A stretch of 64,000 bases of DNA from Tricharina praecox (taxonomy: Eukaryota): the NCBI RefSeq assembly GCF_024521635.1, contig NW_026250425.1, positions 124,001-188,000 of the forward strand, written 5' to 3'. This document shows, in pieces, positions 11,913 through 23,124 of the stretch. The notes beneath the pieces are model-generated. The model saw only the letters and a program-made list of their open reading frames with translations, was not told the origin of the DNA and made no database searches. How positions within the stretch are numbered: position 1 is the stretch's first letter; every line of letters starts with the position of its first letter. Position numbers and translations under genes: made by a program.

Positions 11913-13077
11913 GAGACCTGGAAACAAACACGATGTCACACGCCGCCATATGATGCCGCTGGCGGCGCCAGTGCTCAGTGCGTAGCCCGGGAGTTCGTAG
12001 GTCATTTTGGGTATGGGAAGCGTGTTGCAGATGCTGAAGGTGCCAAAGGATGTTGTGAAGATGTTGCTATTCATGCTGAATACTCCTCGGTTTGAGAACG
12101 GAAGCTTTAGTTATACCTGCAGTAGCAAAAATTAGGGTGCGATTACTGCCAAAGGTCTCCAGTAGGTAGTACCACTGCACGGATATAAATCAAGCAGTCT
12201 CGGGAGAATACAGATTCGATTTGGGATTTGTTTCTTCCTGCAGTCTCAATTCTACGGTATCGAAAAAAATTTACGCGGTGTTGTAAATATATGCTTACCA
12301 AAACAGCCGGAGAAACCACCACAGTTCTTCCAAACGCAACATATTACGCGGTGTCCAGAATACCAGAGACCTACCAGAGACCTACCTTATCCGCACAACG
12401 TAGATAGTGCAGAGAAAACGTTGTCATGCCAATCAAGTAGAGTAGTTCCCAGACTGTAGTAAACCCAAGCCGACAAGAGTCCTACGGAAGAAACGATGTG
12501 CTGAGCAGAATACTACAGTCACCGAATCCGGTATGCATACCGTGGAAACCCTCTAGGGTAGTTTCAAAAATACATACTGTGAGTAAGACGTGTTGTACGC
12601 ATGCAAACATTTACGACATTCTTGTAGTAAAGGAACTTCTGTAGGCCTTCCTATCCTCCATTTGCCCCTCACGTCCACCTCCTCCCCATCCACGGTCCAC
12701 CTTCACCATCACTCGTGATCCCACGCTCCTGATTCCCGATTCCTAATTAAACGCCGTTTAAGGCCGTCGATTAGTTGATGGGCGGCGGGGACTTTACTCA
12801 TCCCTACTTCACAGCGAGTAGAGGTAGGGTTATTTTGTGATGTGTTGGGCTACCACTGGTAGCTTAGCAGTTGGTATACTACAGATAATACAATACATCC
12901 ACGTAAGACAGGGTCGGGACAGCCTACAGGTCCATCCGAAATTTTTTATTTGTGTTTTTTCATTGATGAGATGATGCCCGTAGATGAGGCGACGAGTGAC
13001 ATACATGCATGTGTCTATTCGCACGAAACTAGGTAACTACATCTTCACGTGCGCAAGCATCTACCTGCCCATGTAGT

Positions 13078-16000
13078 CTACTTCTTCCTCGTACTCTTCT
13101 TCGCGGCACCCCTAGCCGGATTTCCCTTCGCCTTTGCATTCCCGCCGCCAGCACCTTTGCCCGCCTCACCAAACACCTTAACCTTGCCCACGCCCACACA
13201 CGCAATCGCCTCGGTCTCTTTCCATCCGGTGACCAGATCCTTCTCCTTGCCGCGCATGCGGCCCTTATCTCCAATCCAGCCATGCAGCACCTCTCTAACC
13301 GCCTTCCCCTTCTTCTGGGCGCCCGGCTGGAGCTTGACGCGGTACTTGTAGCGGCCCATAGCGCCCCAGGGCGCGCACACGGGGATAGCGTCGAGCAGGA
13401 CATCGTCGTCGTACGGGTCGGGAACGAGTGAGTCGAGCGGGGTTTCCACGTCGCCCTCTTCATCGTCTTCCGCGTCGTCGGCGCCTTGTTGGTGGCGGCG
13501 GGCTTCTTCGGCAAGACCGACGGCCTGCGCGCGTTGGTGTTGTTCGCGTAGGCGGGTCTTCCGCTGCTCTGGGGTCTCCTTGGGTGCTTCTTCCTCGGCG
13601 GTGGGGGCCGCAGAGGTTTTGGAGGCTACGCCGAGGAGCGAAAGCGCTAGCTCGCGGTCCTCTTCGTCTTGGAGGGAGTATTTCACCGCGGCGCGCTTGG
13701 CTTTGGCCTTTTTACCGCGGGGGAGCGGCTTGGTCGAGGAAGTGGGCCCCTGAGAAGGTGTTGAAGACCGGCTAGGCTCTTGGGAAGACGCAGGGGCGGG
13801 ATTGGGGACGAGCTTTCCCTTCTTGAGGTCCCGACGCTGCTTGGCTGAGAGATGTGGCGTTAAGGCGGGTGATGGTGATGGTGCTCCTTCCCTCTCAGCT
13901 TGTGATGGTGCGGACGCCGCACTCTTCGCTTTCACTGGTGCCTTGCGTGGGGTGAGGAAGTCCTCAAGTGTCATGTCCTCTAGCTTTACCGGTACGTTCT
14001 CCTCCTCCGGCTGACTCTGTTCCTCATCGTCGTCACCCTTTGCCGGTTCCTGATCTTCGTCCCCGTGGACTTCCTCATCATCGACATCGCTTCCATAGTT
14101 CGGTTTAACATCCGGGAACCACTCATCCTCAGGCTCATCCTCAACATCGGAATCCCGTTTGACATCTGGAAACTCCCCATCGTCATCGCTGACAATGTCA
14201 TTCTTGACATCGTCCTCATCATCATCACTGGCATTCTTTTCCTCCCGTTGCTCCTGTTGTTCCGGTTTAGCCTCGCTCGGCTCCCCAATACGGTGCCGCA
14301 CGTGCCTCTTCTTGCTCTCCTCGTCGACTCTCCACAGGACTCCATAGCCTAGTATGAGGTGTGCCGGCGGTAGGAAGTTCTTGCTGCCCTTGGCATGAAA
14401 GATGCCAACAGGTAGGTACTCTCCCGACGGAGCCGTCTTCGCAATCTGATCGAAGCCAACCCACCAAGCGGACATAACCGCCTTCGAATCCCATGCCTGA
14501 CTCATGGATACCGACAGCGTTCCTGCCTGCTGGAGAGTAGACGGGGGAATCGGCGCGTTGGGCGTGGCAGGATTATTCTTGACAAAGATAGTCGCAGCAC
14601 CCTGGATATCCGCGTGAACGTAAACATCGCCACGCTTGAAGTACCGCTTGTAGATGATGTCATTCTGCTGTGCGTCTCTGCCGCCGAGGACGAGGTATCC
14701 ATCGCTCGAGATGAAGAAGAGAAATTTCTCGAACCACAGTGGAATGCGGACTGGACGGAGAAGCTGCTTTTCATTCTTGAGGCCCTTTTTGAGGTCTGCG
14801 GTGATCTTGCGTTCGGTGGATTTGAGCGCTTTGGCGGAGGACTGGAGGGTCTTGGTTTCTTTCTCGGCCGCGGTGCGTTTTTGGTCGTAATAGGATCGGG
14901 CGTTGGCGTAGGCGGTGAGGGCGAGGTCGACGTCGATTGAGAGTGTCTGCGACTTCTGGGAATCATCATCCTCGTCCACCTCCTCCTCCTCGTCGGTCTC
15001 GTCCTCATCGTCGCTGAATCCCACAAACTTCCCCTCCTTTGGCTCATCTTGGCCACTCGACTCGCGTAGCTTCAGTGTTATCCGATTATCATACAGCTTC
15101 AGCGGGAGCTGTATCAGTTCGGCCACCGCATTCCCCCTCTTCTGCTCGCCCTCAACCAACCGCGCAATCTGCACCCAATCCATGCCCTGATTCACCAGCC
15201 CATTCACCGCGGCGATCGCCTCCTCAACACGCATGGAATTCGCCTCGAGAGCTTCTGCCTTGCGCACATTGAGATCCTGCACATCCCGTAGTCCCTCCAC
15301 ACGCTTTTTATGATCTGTTCTCGCCGCCTCTAGCCGCTTGACCGCTGCCGCCTCCCGCTCCCTCAGCCGGCTCTCGAGCTTCTGCGCCTCGATCGAGGAG
15401 AAAAACGTATCCACCGTCTTGTTGAACCCCTCATATTCCAGCGTCGTGAGCCCGGGAACACCAACAAACTGCCGCGGGAGGAAGGGATGAAAATCGTCAA
15501 AGACCAGCCCCTTCGCCACGCCCTCCAGCTGCACCTCCTGCGAACCTGCCGACTCGACCGCCTCCGCGCTTCCAAACGTAACCGTTTTCTTCTCTTCCTC
15601 ATCCTCTTCCGCCTCCTTCTTCGGCTCATCCTTGACATCCTGCGGCTGTTTAGCGATGATATACCCCCTCCTCGTTCCCTCTCCCGTCGTGAGCTCTTTG
15701 ACAATTCCCTCCGCCTCTCTAAACGCCTCCACCACCTTCGCCAACAAGTCCCCGCTCGCCAGCACCTCAGCCGCCTTCACCGCCGGGTCCACCCCCGCCC
15801 CAAGCAGCGCGTGCTCAATCAGCACCGGCGAGAACTCCGACAGCCGCGCACCGAGCACGCGCTTCAGCGCACTGTCGACCTTCTTCTTCTTGCGCTGGAA
15901 CTTCTTCCCTTTCACCTGCGCCGCCGTCGGCTTCTCCTCCCCCTCCTCCTGCCGCTGCACCTCCGCTGCCCTTACCGCCTCCGTAAGCACCTCGACCACG

Positions 16001-16545
16001 TGCTCCCTCGTAACCGTACCCCCACCCACCTTCCCACCAGCCTCATAAACCGCGCCAATCCTACACTCCTGCACCCCCTCCCCGGGCGGGACGACCCTCA
16101 GCACCGCCAAAATCCTCGCCTCCTTATCCGTAAGGACCACATTCCCGCCGGCAAAGAACTCGAGGTACAGGCAGTACAGCCCGTCACTAAACTCCAGCCT
16201 CAGCACTCTATCAACGCCGAGCTGGGCCACACCCGTGACCCGTCGTGTGCGCAGGAACTTCCGCAGCCTCTGCGTGAACGCGCTAGGAGTCGGCGACGTC
16301 TCGCGCGTGAACTGCGTCAGGTGCGCGCGGAAGCCGGAGTCGATCACCAGAAGGTGCTTGGAGGCGCCGCGAGAGAACTTCAAAAGGAAGATACGTGTGG
16401 TGAGATCGTACAGATTGCTCAGTCGGTGGTTTAGAAGGGCGTGCGAGAGCTCGTGCGTTATTATCTGAAGGTGTCAGCGGGGAATTTGAAGTTCGTAGGG
16501 GAACGGCAGTACCTGCAGATCGAGGGAGGAGAATCGCTGCTTCAT
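13078..16545 (-). CDS. RQC2: Ribosome quality-control complex subunit Rqc2/Tae2 (NEMF family)
   Basis: Exon 1 16545-16513 (MKQRFSSLDLQ), intron 16512-16465, then IITHEL..RLSNLYDL..RIFLLKFS. Contains NFACT motifs LEFFAGGNVVLTD, WFEKFLFFISSDGYLVLGGRDAQQN and IPVCAPWGAMGRYKYRVKLQPG. Confidence 0.97.
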
Positions 16546-17377
16546 TGTGTGTGTCGCTGGGGCTGTATGGCTGTATCCGAGCTCCGTGTAAGGTGTTTGG
16601 TGCGCCTTCAATATGGGTGGGGAGTTCAACCCACCTACAGATCCCCCGCGGCGATATGACGCAATAATATCTTGGCATTCTATACCTAGTACATACCACG
16701 ACATTGATACTTATCATACATCGAACTCAAGATTGACGACATCGCTCGACAAACGGCCTCTAGAATACAGTAGAGAGCATAACCGGAGTGCGTATTTATA
16801 CCAAAGACAAAAAGTTACATCACTCGAACAATCACAAGTCACCAAAACCAAAACCGTCAAGGTGAACGAGCACCAACTAGTAGCCGACAACTCTGTGTAA
16901 TTGTGTGTATACCTCCCCCTCCCCCTCCCCCTCCCCCTCCCCCTTCCCCCACCACCTGCCCAACCAGAAAGAAAAACAACGAAGGACACCCAACCTCGCC
17001 CGAAGATGCAACAGATACGGATAGACAGACAAAGCAGGACAAAAAAAAACACCAAATCGCATGGACAAGACAAGACAACCAACACGCATATAGATCAAAA
17101 AGAAAATTGACATTGCACTCCCGGAACGACCAAACGAAAACAAAACAAAATCCCCAACAGTAAGTAACACGCACGCTTAACAAGACAAGATCCGGAAAGA
17201 AAAAGAAAAGAAAAGAAAAAGAGAGAAGGTGGGAGGGAAGCGGTAATGAAATAGCAAAGATAAAGGGATAGAGCTAGGAGGAAAAGAAACCTCATCTTCT
17301 ATACAGCCCACCGGCCACGGTAGCGCGTGGCAATCGATCGATCAATCTATCCATACATCTAGAAAGTGCATGCACCT

Positions 17378-18931
17378 CTACCGCTCCTCACGCCCAACCA
17401 GCGTACTATCGTCATCGCCCGAAATCAACCTGCCATGGACACTTCCACGGCCAGTGCTGTTGCTCTCTTCATCCGCATACCCAGGGGTGCTAGGACCCCT
17501 ACTCCCCGGAAGCAAGAGCATGCTGCTGTTCCTGCTCTTCTGGCTTCCCACAGTCGGCGTCTTTCTGCTTCTTCCGGATTTGAAGTATCCACTCTCCGGG
17601 GAACCGCGGTGGAGGGTAGCGGCGTTGCTCTCGCTGGTGCCATCGTAGTCGGGATTGTATTCCTCAACGTAGGTTCCAGAGTGTTTTTTGTTGTTGGTGT
17701 TGCGAGGAGACGGGCGGTTCGGGTAGAGGAGCCGCTTTGAGCCGTCTTCAGGATCGGAGTCAGAGCCGTCCTCAATGTAGTTGAATGAGCGGCGTGGGTG
17801 GTGAAGATCGGGCTCGTCGTCGATGGGTGCACCGTCGCGGATCACGTCTTGTGATGAATCCTTGGCTTTGATGAAGCTGTCGATGACGTAATACTGGAAT
17901 GCGTTCATCACAAGGGGGAAGAACTGTTCGAATCAGCATCGCTATTTCGAGAAGGGGGGGCAAGGGGGGCACCAACAAACATGACGAAGAAAACTTGCAC
18001 TTTCTTGTTCCCTTCCGTCCAAGAAAGCAGGAAATCGCCGACCATACCCAACCATGGGAACAACGCGAACAGTATGCCGACGATAAACTTCATAATCATC
18101 AAGCCGGCAAAGTAGACGCTTGACTGCTTCATCCAATACTTCCATTTCGGTGGTTCGCCGTAGTAGCCGGAAACCATACCCGTTCGCAAACCCGGGATAG
18201 AAAACTTCACAACGAGCTTGTGCAGCATCCGCAACGCGTAGATCAGGATGATAACTCCCACCGTTGTCTACACACACCCCCGCCGTCAGCAGCTTCCCTC
18301 TCGCGCGCGCCCGTGACGTGGAGAAGGTGTCCGTACATCGATGCCCAGGTTGAGCAGATAGAACGAGCAAGGATTCGAGTGGTGCGGCTCATCGTCTCCA
18401 GGACCGCCAGGCCCCCCAGGACCGCCAGGACCGCCGTCGTCGCCGCCTGACCCATCGTAAGGACCATCGTGCCGCCGCAGCCTCCGCATACCCGCAATGA
18501 CGACACCAGTAGGCGTGGGTTCGGTCGAGAACGTCCCGGACGATAACATCGAGAGCACCAGATTCGCGATGTGCACCAAACCGCTACCGAGCACTTGTTT
18601 CGAGACATCCATGAACCTATAGCACACTCTCCGTTAGCCCCCTGGCTCCCCCGCTCCCGCCCCGCTCGCCGCACGCGTACCATATCAATAGAGGTCGTTG
18701 AGGATGTTCCCGCGACCGTTTCCATAGCAGAACTAGTAACGCGAGAGCTCCCAGTGCACCCTGGACGAACAACGCTGTGGACAAATGGTATCAGCCTCAG
18801 CCTCTGCCGCCCCCGCCCCGCCGTCGGAGAAGCTTACCGAATGGACCCAAAAGCTCACAACTTCCTGCCTCATTGTCGGAAGGTGGTGGTGGGACTGTGA
18901 TGGCAGCGTTGAACGAGCTGGAGGAATTCAT
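17378..18931 (-). CDS. STIMATE/TMEM110 (yeast YPL162C-like) vacuolar membrane protein, multi-exon
   Basis: Spliced fragments CELLGPF, WKRSREHPQRPLLIW, FMDVSKQVLGSGLVHIANL, NPCSFYLLNLGID, SGYYGEPPKWKYWMKQ and MNAFQYYVIDSFIK are typical of the family; ATG at 18931. Confidence 0.85.
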
Positions 18932-21900
18932 GGCGACCGATGAGGTGTGTCGAAACGGCCTCGATGTATCGGCGCGCTGTGAGGTAGGACGGCGCGCGTG
19001 ATAACACTTGATGTACTGCCGGTAATCTTTTTTTTCTATTCGAGTATAGGCAGGATAAGTGTTCGGGAGAGGCAGGTGTCCACTCAAGAAGAGCAGAGGC
19101 CGATGGGGGAGAGGGGGGGGGGGGGGGTGGGGATAGCTTCAGTGGCGACGGCGGCGTCGGTGGTGGTAGGCGGCGACAGTGATGATGTCGAGGGTTGGAA
19201 GAATAGAGTAGTAGGTTGGGCCAAGGAGTCACTTGCTTTCGCTCTTTCCTAGGCACGCACTGCGCAAGGTTGGCGGGTTCAGCTGGCTTGCCTTGCTCGC
19301 ATTGCGCAGTGCCCACCCACCACTGTATTTTCCTGTACAGACCACCAGTTGCCTGCCTGCCAACCGCCAGCGAGCGCTTTCCCACTACCGGTACCGGTAC
19401 TGCCACAACAAACCACAAACCGCAACCCACCGGTAATCTCACTCTATCATCAGCGTCTGAGCCCTGTATTTATTTCGGGCCATCCGCCGGGGTCTATACG
19501 CAGCGAATCCATGGAGATGTGCCTTTGCATGTAACCTCCTAACCGCAATCCGTTCAAGGCGGCGTCCAAGCGTGAAACTTAACTCAACTTTAATGGCAAT
19601 CCTGTTCCTGTCGGGGAGAGCTCTGCGATTCGAGCCAATCACGAGAAGCCGTGGTATCCGGGGGCTCGTGATGGATCATGGAACGACCCCGAGCAGAGTG
19701 CAAAGGAGTCCCGGGAACACAGTCACTCATCTCCTCCTCATCCCCATCTCCGTCTCGCCTGGGTCTCCATGCACCTCAGACTTCTACTGGGGGATCTTGG
19801 AAGTCGATGAGGACTATCGGGAGCCGCTGTTTAATACTACTATATAGCATCGCATAACTACATCCCAACCGTGGCAGGGGAAAGTCTCGCGTACGGGCGG
19901 TTGGGTGCATGTGAGACCGACTGACTGCCTACAAAGTACCTTGGTAATCAACGTCAATCGATTCGACTCATTAGATTGTTGACTTGATCATTCATTCATT
20001 CACTCACGGCGAAACACGTTCCAGAGCGAGGATATGTACCAGGTATCACACCCCAAAAAGGCCCGAGAGAACCGGACCTCTACTATTACATATGTCTACT
20101 CCTCTTCCTCCCGCCAACTCATATGTGTACGCCATATCCGCCGTGGTCCGACCCCGTCCCCCTACCACCGGACTAGGAAGAGACTCCGAGTCCACCGGAC
20201 CGCGACAGGCTCGCGCGGAGTGCATATTGCACAAGAGACCCTACATACCAAATTGAAGCCCGCTCGTCAACGGGACCGGCTTCCAACCCCCCTCACATCA
20301 AAGCAATCATGCCCCTTCGTGCCCTGAATGCGCCGCTCACTCACTGACGAACTACATAACTACAGCTTTCGGAAAGCTCGGACGGAGGAGCTGCTTCTTT
20401 TTCGAGCACTCGGATCTCGCTCTCATTGCCCGCATCATGCGCGATCTTGTTGGTTCAGCACAGCTAGTCGTCCAGCAGCACGACCCAGAATACTCGTACT
20501 AATAGTCCATTGACGACGGCGAGTTTACGGGAGCGGGTGAGGCGGCAACCCGCAATGTCAGATGACCGTCTGACCGTCTGACCCCAAGGGCCAACCGTGG
20601 TGCACTTACATACATAACTGGGGAAAGCCGGCCACCGGCGGGACGGCGGAAAGCACGGAAGTGTGGAGTGACCGGAGTCCATCGGGCTAGTTATGTAGCA
20701 GCAACAGAATGTTGGGGGAAAACAGTTCTTGTCCGTATCTACATAAGTAAATATGTCTCCCTTCATTCCGTACCAATACAGAAGATGATGGATGGCCTTT
20801 CCTGTTCTTCTCCGGCATTTACGACTCTTTGGTCACGATTAGTGCTCTGAGAGGCTTTTGGTACTTCCCCCTCGCGAAGCCCGGTACAAAGCACAACGCA
20901 AGTACTCATACATGATACCACCAGATACCCACCCATCTGAGCAATTTCGACGAAATTATGTATGCAGGCGCCATACATAGTTCTGCACTTCACCCACTCT
21001 CCAAGTTTCTGTGCTTCCATCCCATCCTTCACGATCGGTCAGGAGGAGCATTTAGCGAAGCCTCCCCCAGTTTTCGCACGCAAGGAAACCTTGGAAATAA
21101 TATGTATTGTACACCTGATGCTGCCGCAGAAATGAATGAATACATTGGTAAGCGCTAGATCGTTGTCGTCGTCGGGAGCCATGTGGTGGATGTCAGAAGA
21201 CTGAGGAATAGTGGGTAGTGCATCTATCGGCCTCGAGGGAATTCGGGGAGTTCGTCAACACAAGTGAACTGTGAAGCTTTCCCTCAGCGTCTGCTGGAAA
21301 GAGACCTAACCTACCAGACGCGGAAGCGAGAGTGAGACTCGTACATAGACATCATTGACGTGAAGATGTTGCACAGTTGCAGAGAAACGGATAGAAGCGT
21401 GGAAACAAAGGAAACGAGCAACCTGGTAAGTGTGGAGTAGACCGGTGCGGGTAGATCACGAGGTTTTTGCGATCTTCGGGTTTAACCAACCATGGACGGA
21501 TCATCGCAGATGCGGAAGCCTATATATCACGAGACCGCAAATACTCAACTCCACAACTCTTCACCTCGCAATCCCTTTTTCTTCTCCTCTGTGCCATCGA
21601 GAAGCTGTGCTCCACTTTCAAACGGAATAGTCGCCACCGACTGCTGCCTTGATTCGGTCGTGAGGCAGACAAACGTGTTGGGCGCAAAAAGAACAAATTC
21701 CCCCACGGCTCCGTCCCGCCAAAAAAAACCCCCGCGATGCATATCACATAGATTTCTGCAGGTATTCAGTATCGTCCCAGCGAAACGAATACCAGAGATC
21801 CAAATCCCCCGGCGCAGTGCAGTGCGTGCCGCGCACACGTCGTGGCAGAGCTCTAAAGCACCATCCACCACCACACACACACACAAGCATGCAGAATCTC

Positions 21901-22454
21901 GGTCCCAGTAACCACCTCACCGGCACTCTCTAGATCCCTCTTCGGATGGTACATAGAGCACAGTGATCACTCTTATCTCCATCACTACCGCTCACTCTCG
22001 ACGATCCACTGTCGATCAGTCATACGATTCGTGCATAGTATCCCAGCCTCGCCAAGCCCTCCCCGATCGTTGCACACGTTCCGCACGCAAGGTTCACTCT
22101 CGTAGCAGCAGCAATCACCACCAACCAGCCAGAACAGCCCCACCTTTTCAGCCTCGGACGGACTGAACTAACTAGCAGGCAAGACGCACCAAGTCGACAA
22201 ACTAACGACAACACCACCACCACCTCATACTCCACCACCTTCACCACTATCGCCTTTCAGCACTCCCTTCTTCCTCCGACAGCTCCCACCTCTAGAAGCC
22301 TCCGTTACCACTACCCCTCCACCTCCACCTCCGCCTCACCCCGCCTTCCCCTCACATAACGTAACACTCCGCATCCCGCCCCGACCTCGTCACCGCTATC
22401 TCCGGTCTGTCGCTCACCTCTACACCAGCATCTCCGCGTACACCCAAGCTCTTC

Positions 22455-22520
22455 GCCGCCACCACCACTACCACCACCTCCACAACCACCTCCACAACCA
22501 CCTCCACAACCACCTCCAAC
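22455..22520 (+). repeat. 12-bp tandem repeat (CCACCTCCACAA, about x4) in the NEDD8 5' UTR
   Basis: Direct reading. Confidence 0.8.
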
Positions 22521-22523
22521 AAG

Positions 22524-22967
22524 ATGCTGATCAAGTACCTCCATCCCGTTTCCACGCACCAGAAAATTCCCCACTGACACCCCGGTCCCCGCAGAGTCAG
22601 AACCCTCACCGGCAAGGAGATCGAGCTCGACATTGAGCCGCACTACCTGGTTCGTCCGCTGTTCTCCGTCCCCGCCCACCGCGCCCCTCTTCCCATTCTA
22701 ACACCCACCCACCCAACAGGTCTCGAAGATCAAGGAGCGTGTTGAGGAGAAGGAGGGAATCCCACCGGTGCAGCAGCGATTGATTTTCGGCGGAAAGCAG
22801 ATGTAACTCCTCCTTACCCTTACCCATCCCCCCTTCGCGCGCGGTCCCGGTGACGACATGCTAACCCGTCTGTAATGTAAAGGGCCGACGAGAAGCAGGC
22901 GAGCGACTACCAGCTCGAGGGCGGTGCTACGCTGCATCTGGTGCTGGCATTGCGCGGCGGTAGATAA
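22524..22967 (+). CDS. NEDD8: Ubiquitin-like protein NEDD8/Rub1 (4 exons, 77 aa)
   Basis: Exons 22524-22534, 22595-22649, 22720-22802 and 22883-22967 translate to [77 protein letters not shown]. Ala72 (LALRGG) is diagnostic of NEDD8 rather than ubiquitin. Confidence 0.97.
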
Positions 22968-23095
22968 TGGATCGGATTGGATACCTACTGGATGGGACAG
23001 GGAGAGACCAGCAGTGCACCGAATACATACACATTACACTACTATTTTACGATGCTCAATGAAGAATGCGAGGGGTCATTTGGTATTTGCCTTTG

Positions 23096-23124
23096 CTACT
23101 ACTACTACTACTACTACTACTACT
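23096..23124 (+). repeat. (CTA)n microsatellite in the NEDD8 3' region
   Basis: About 9 perfect CTA units. Confidence 0.9.

Noticed and set aside
19870..19910. GGGAAAGTCTCGC as the RNase MRP/P CR-I motif
   Set aside because: No matching CR-V element (e.g. CAATGGRGCTTAC) was found at a suitable distance downstream.
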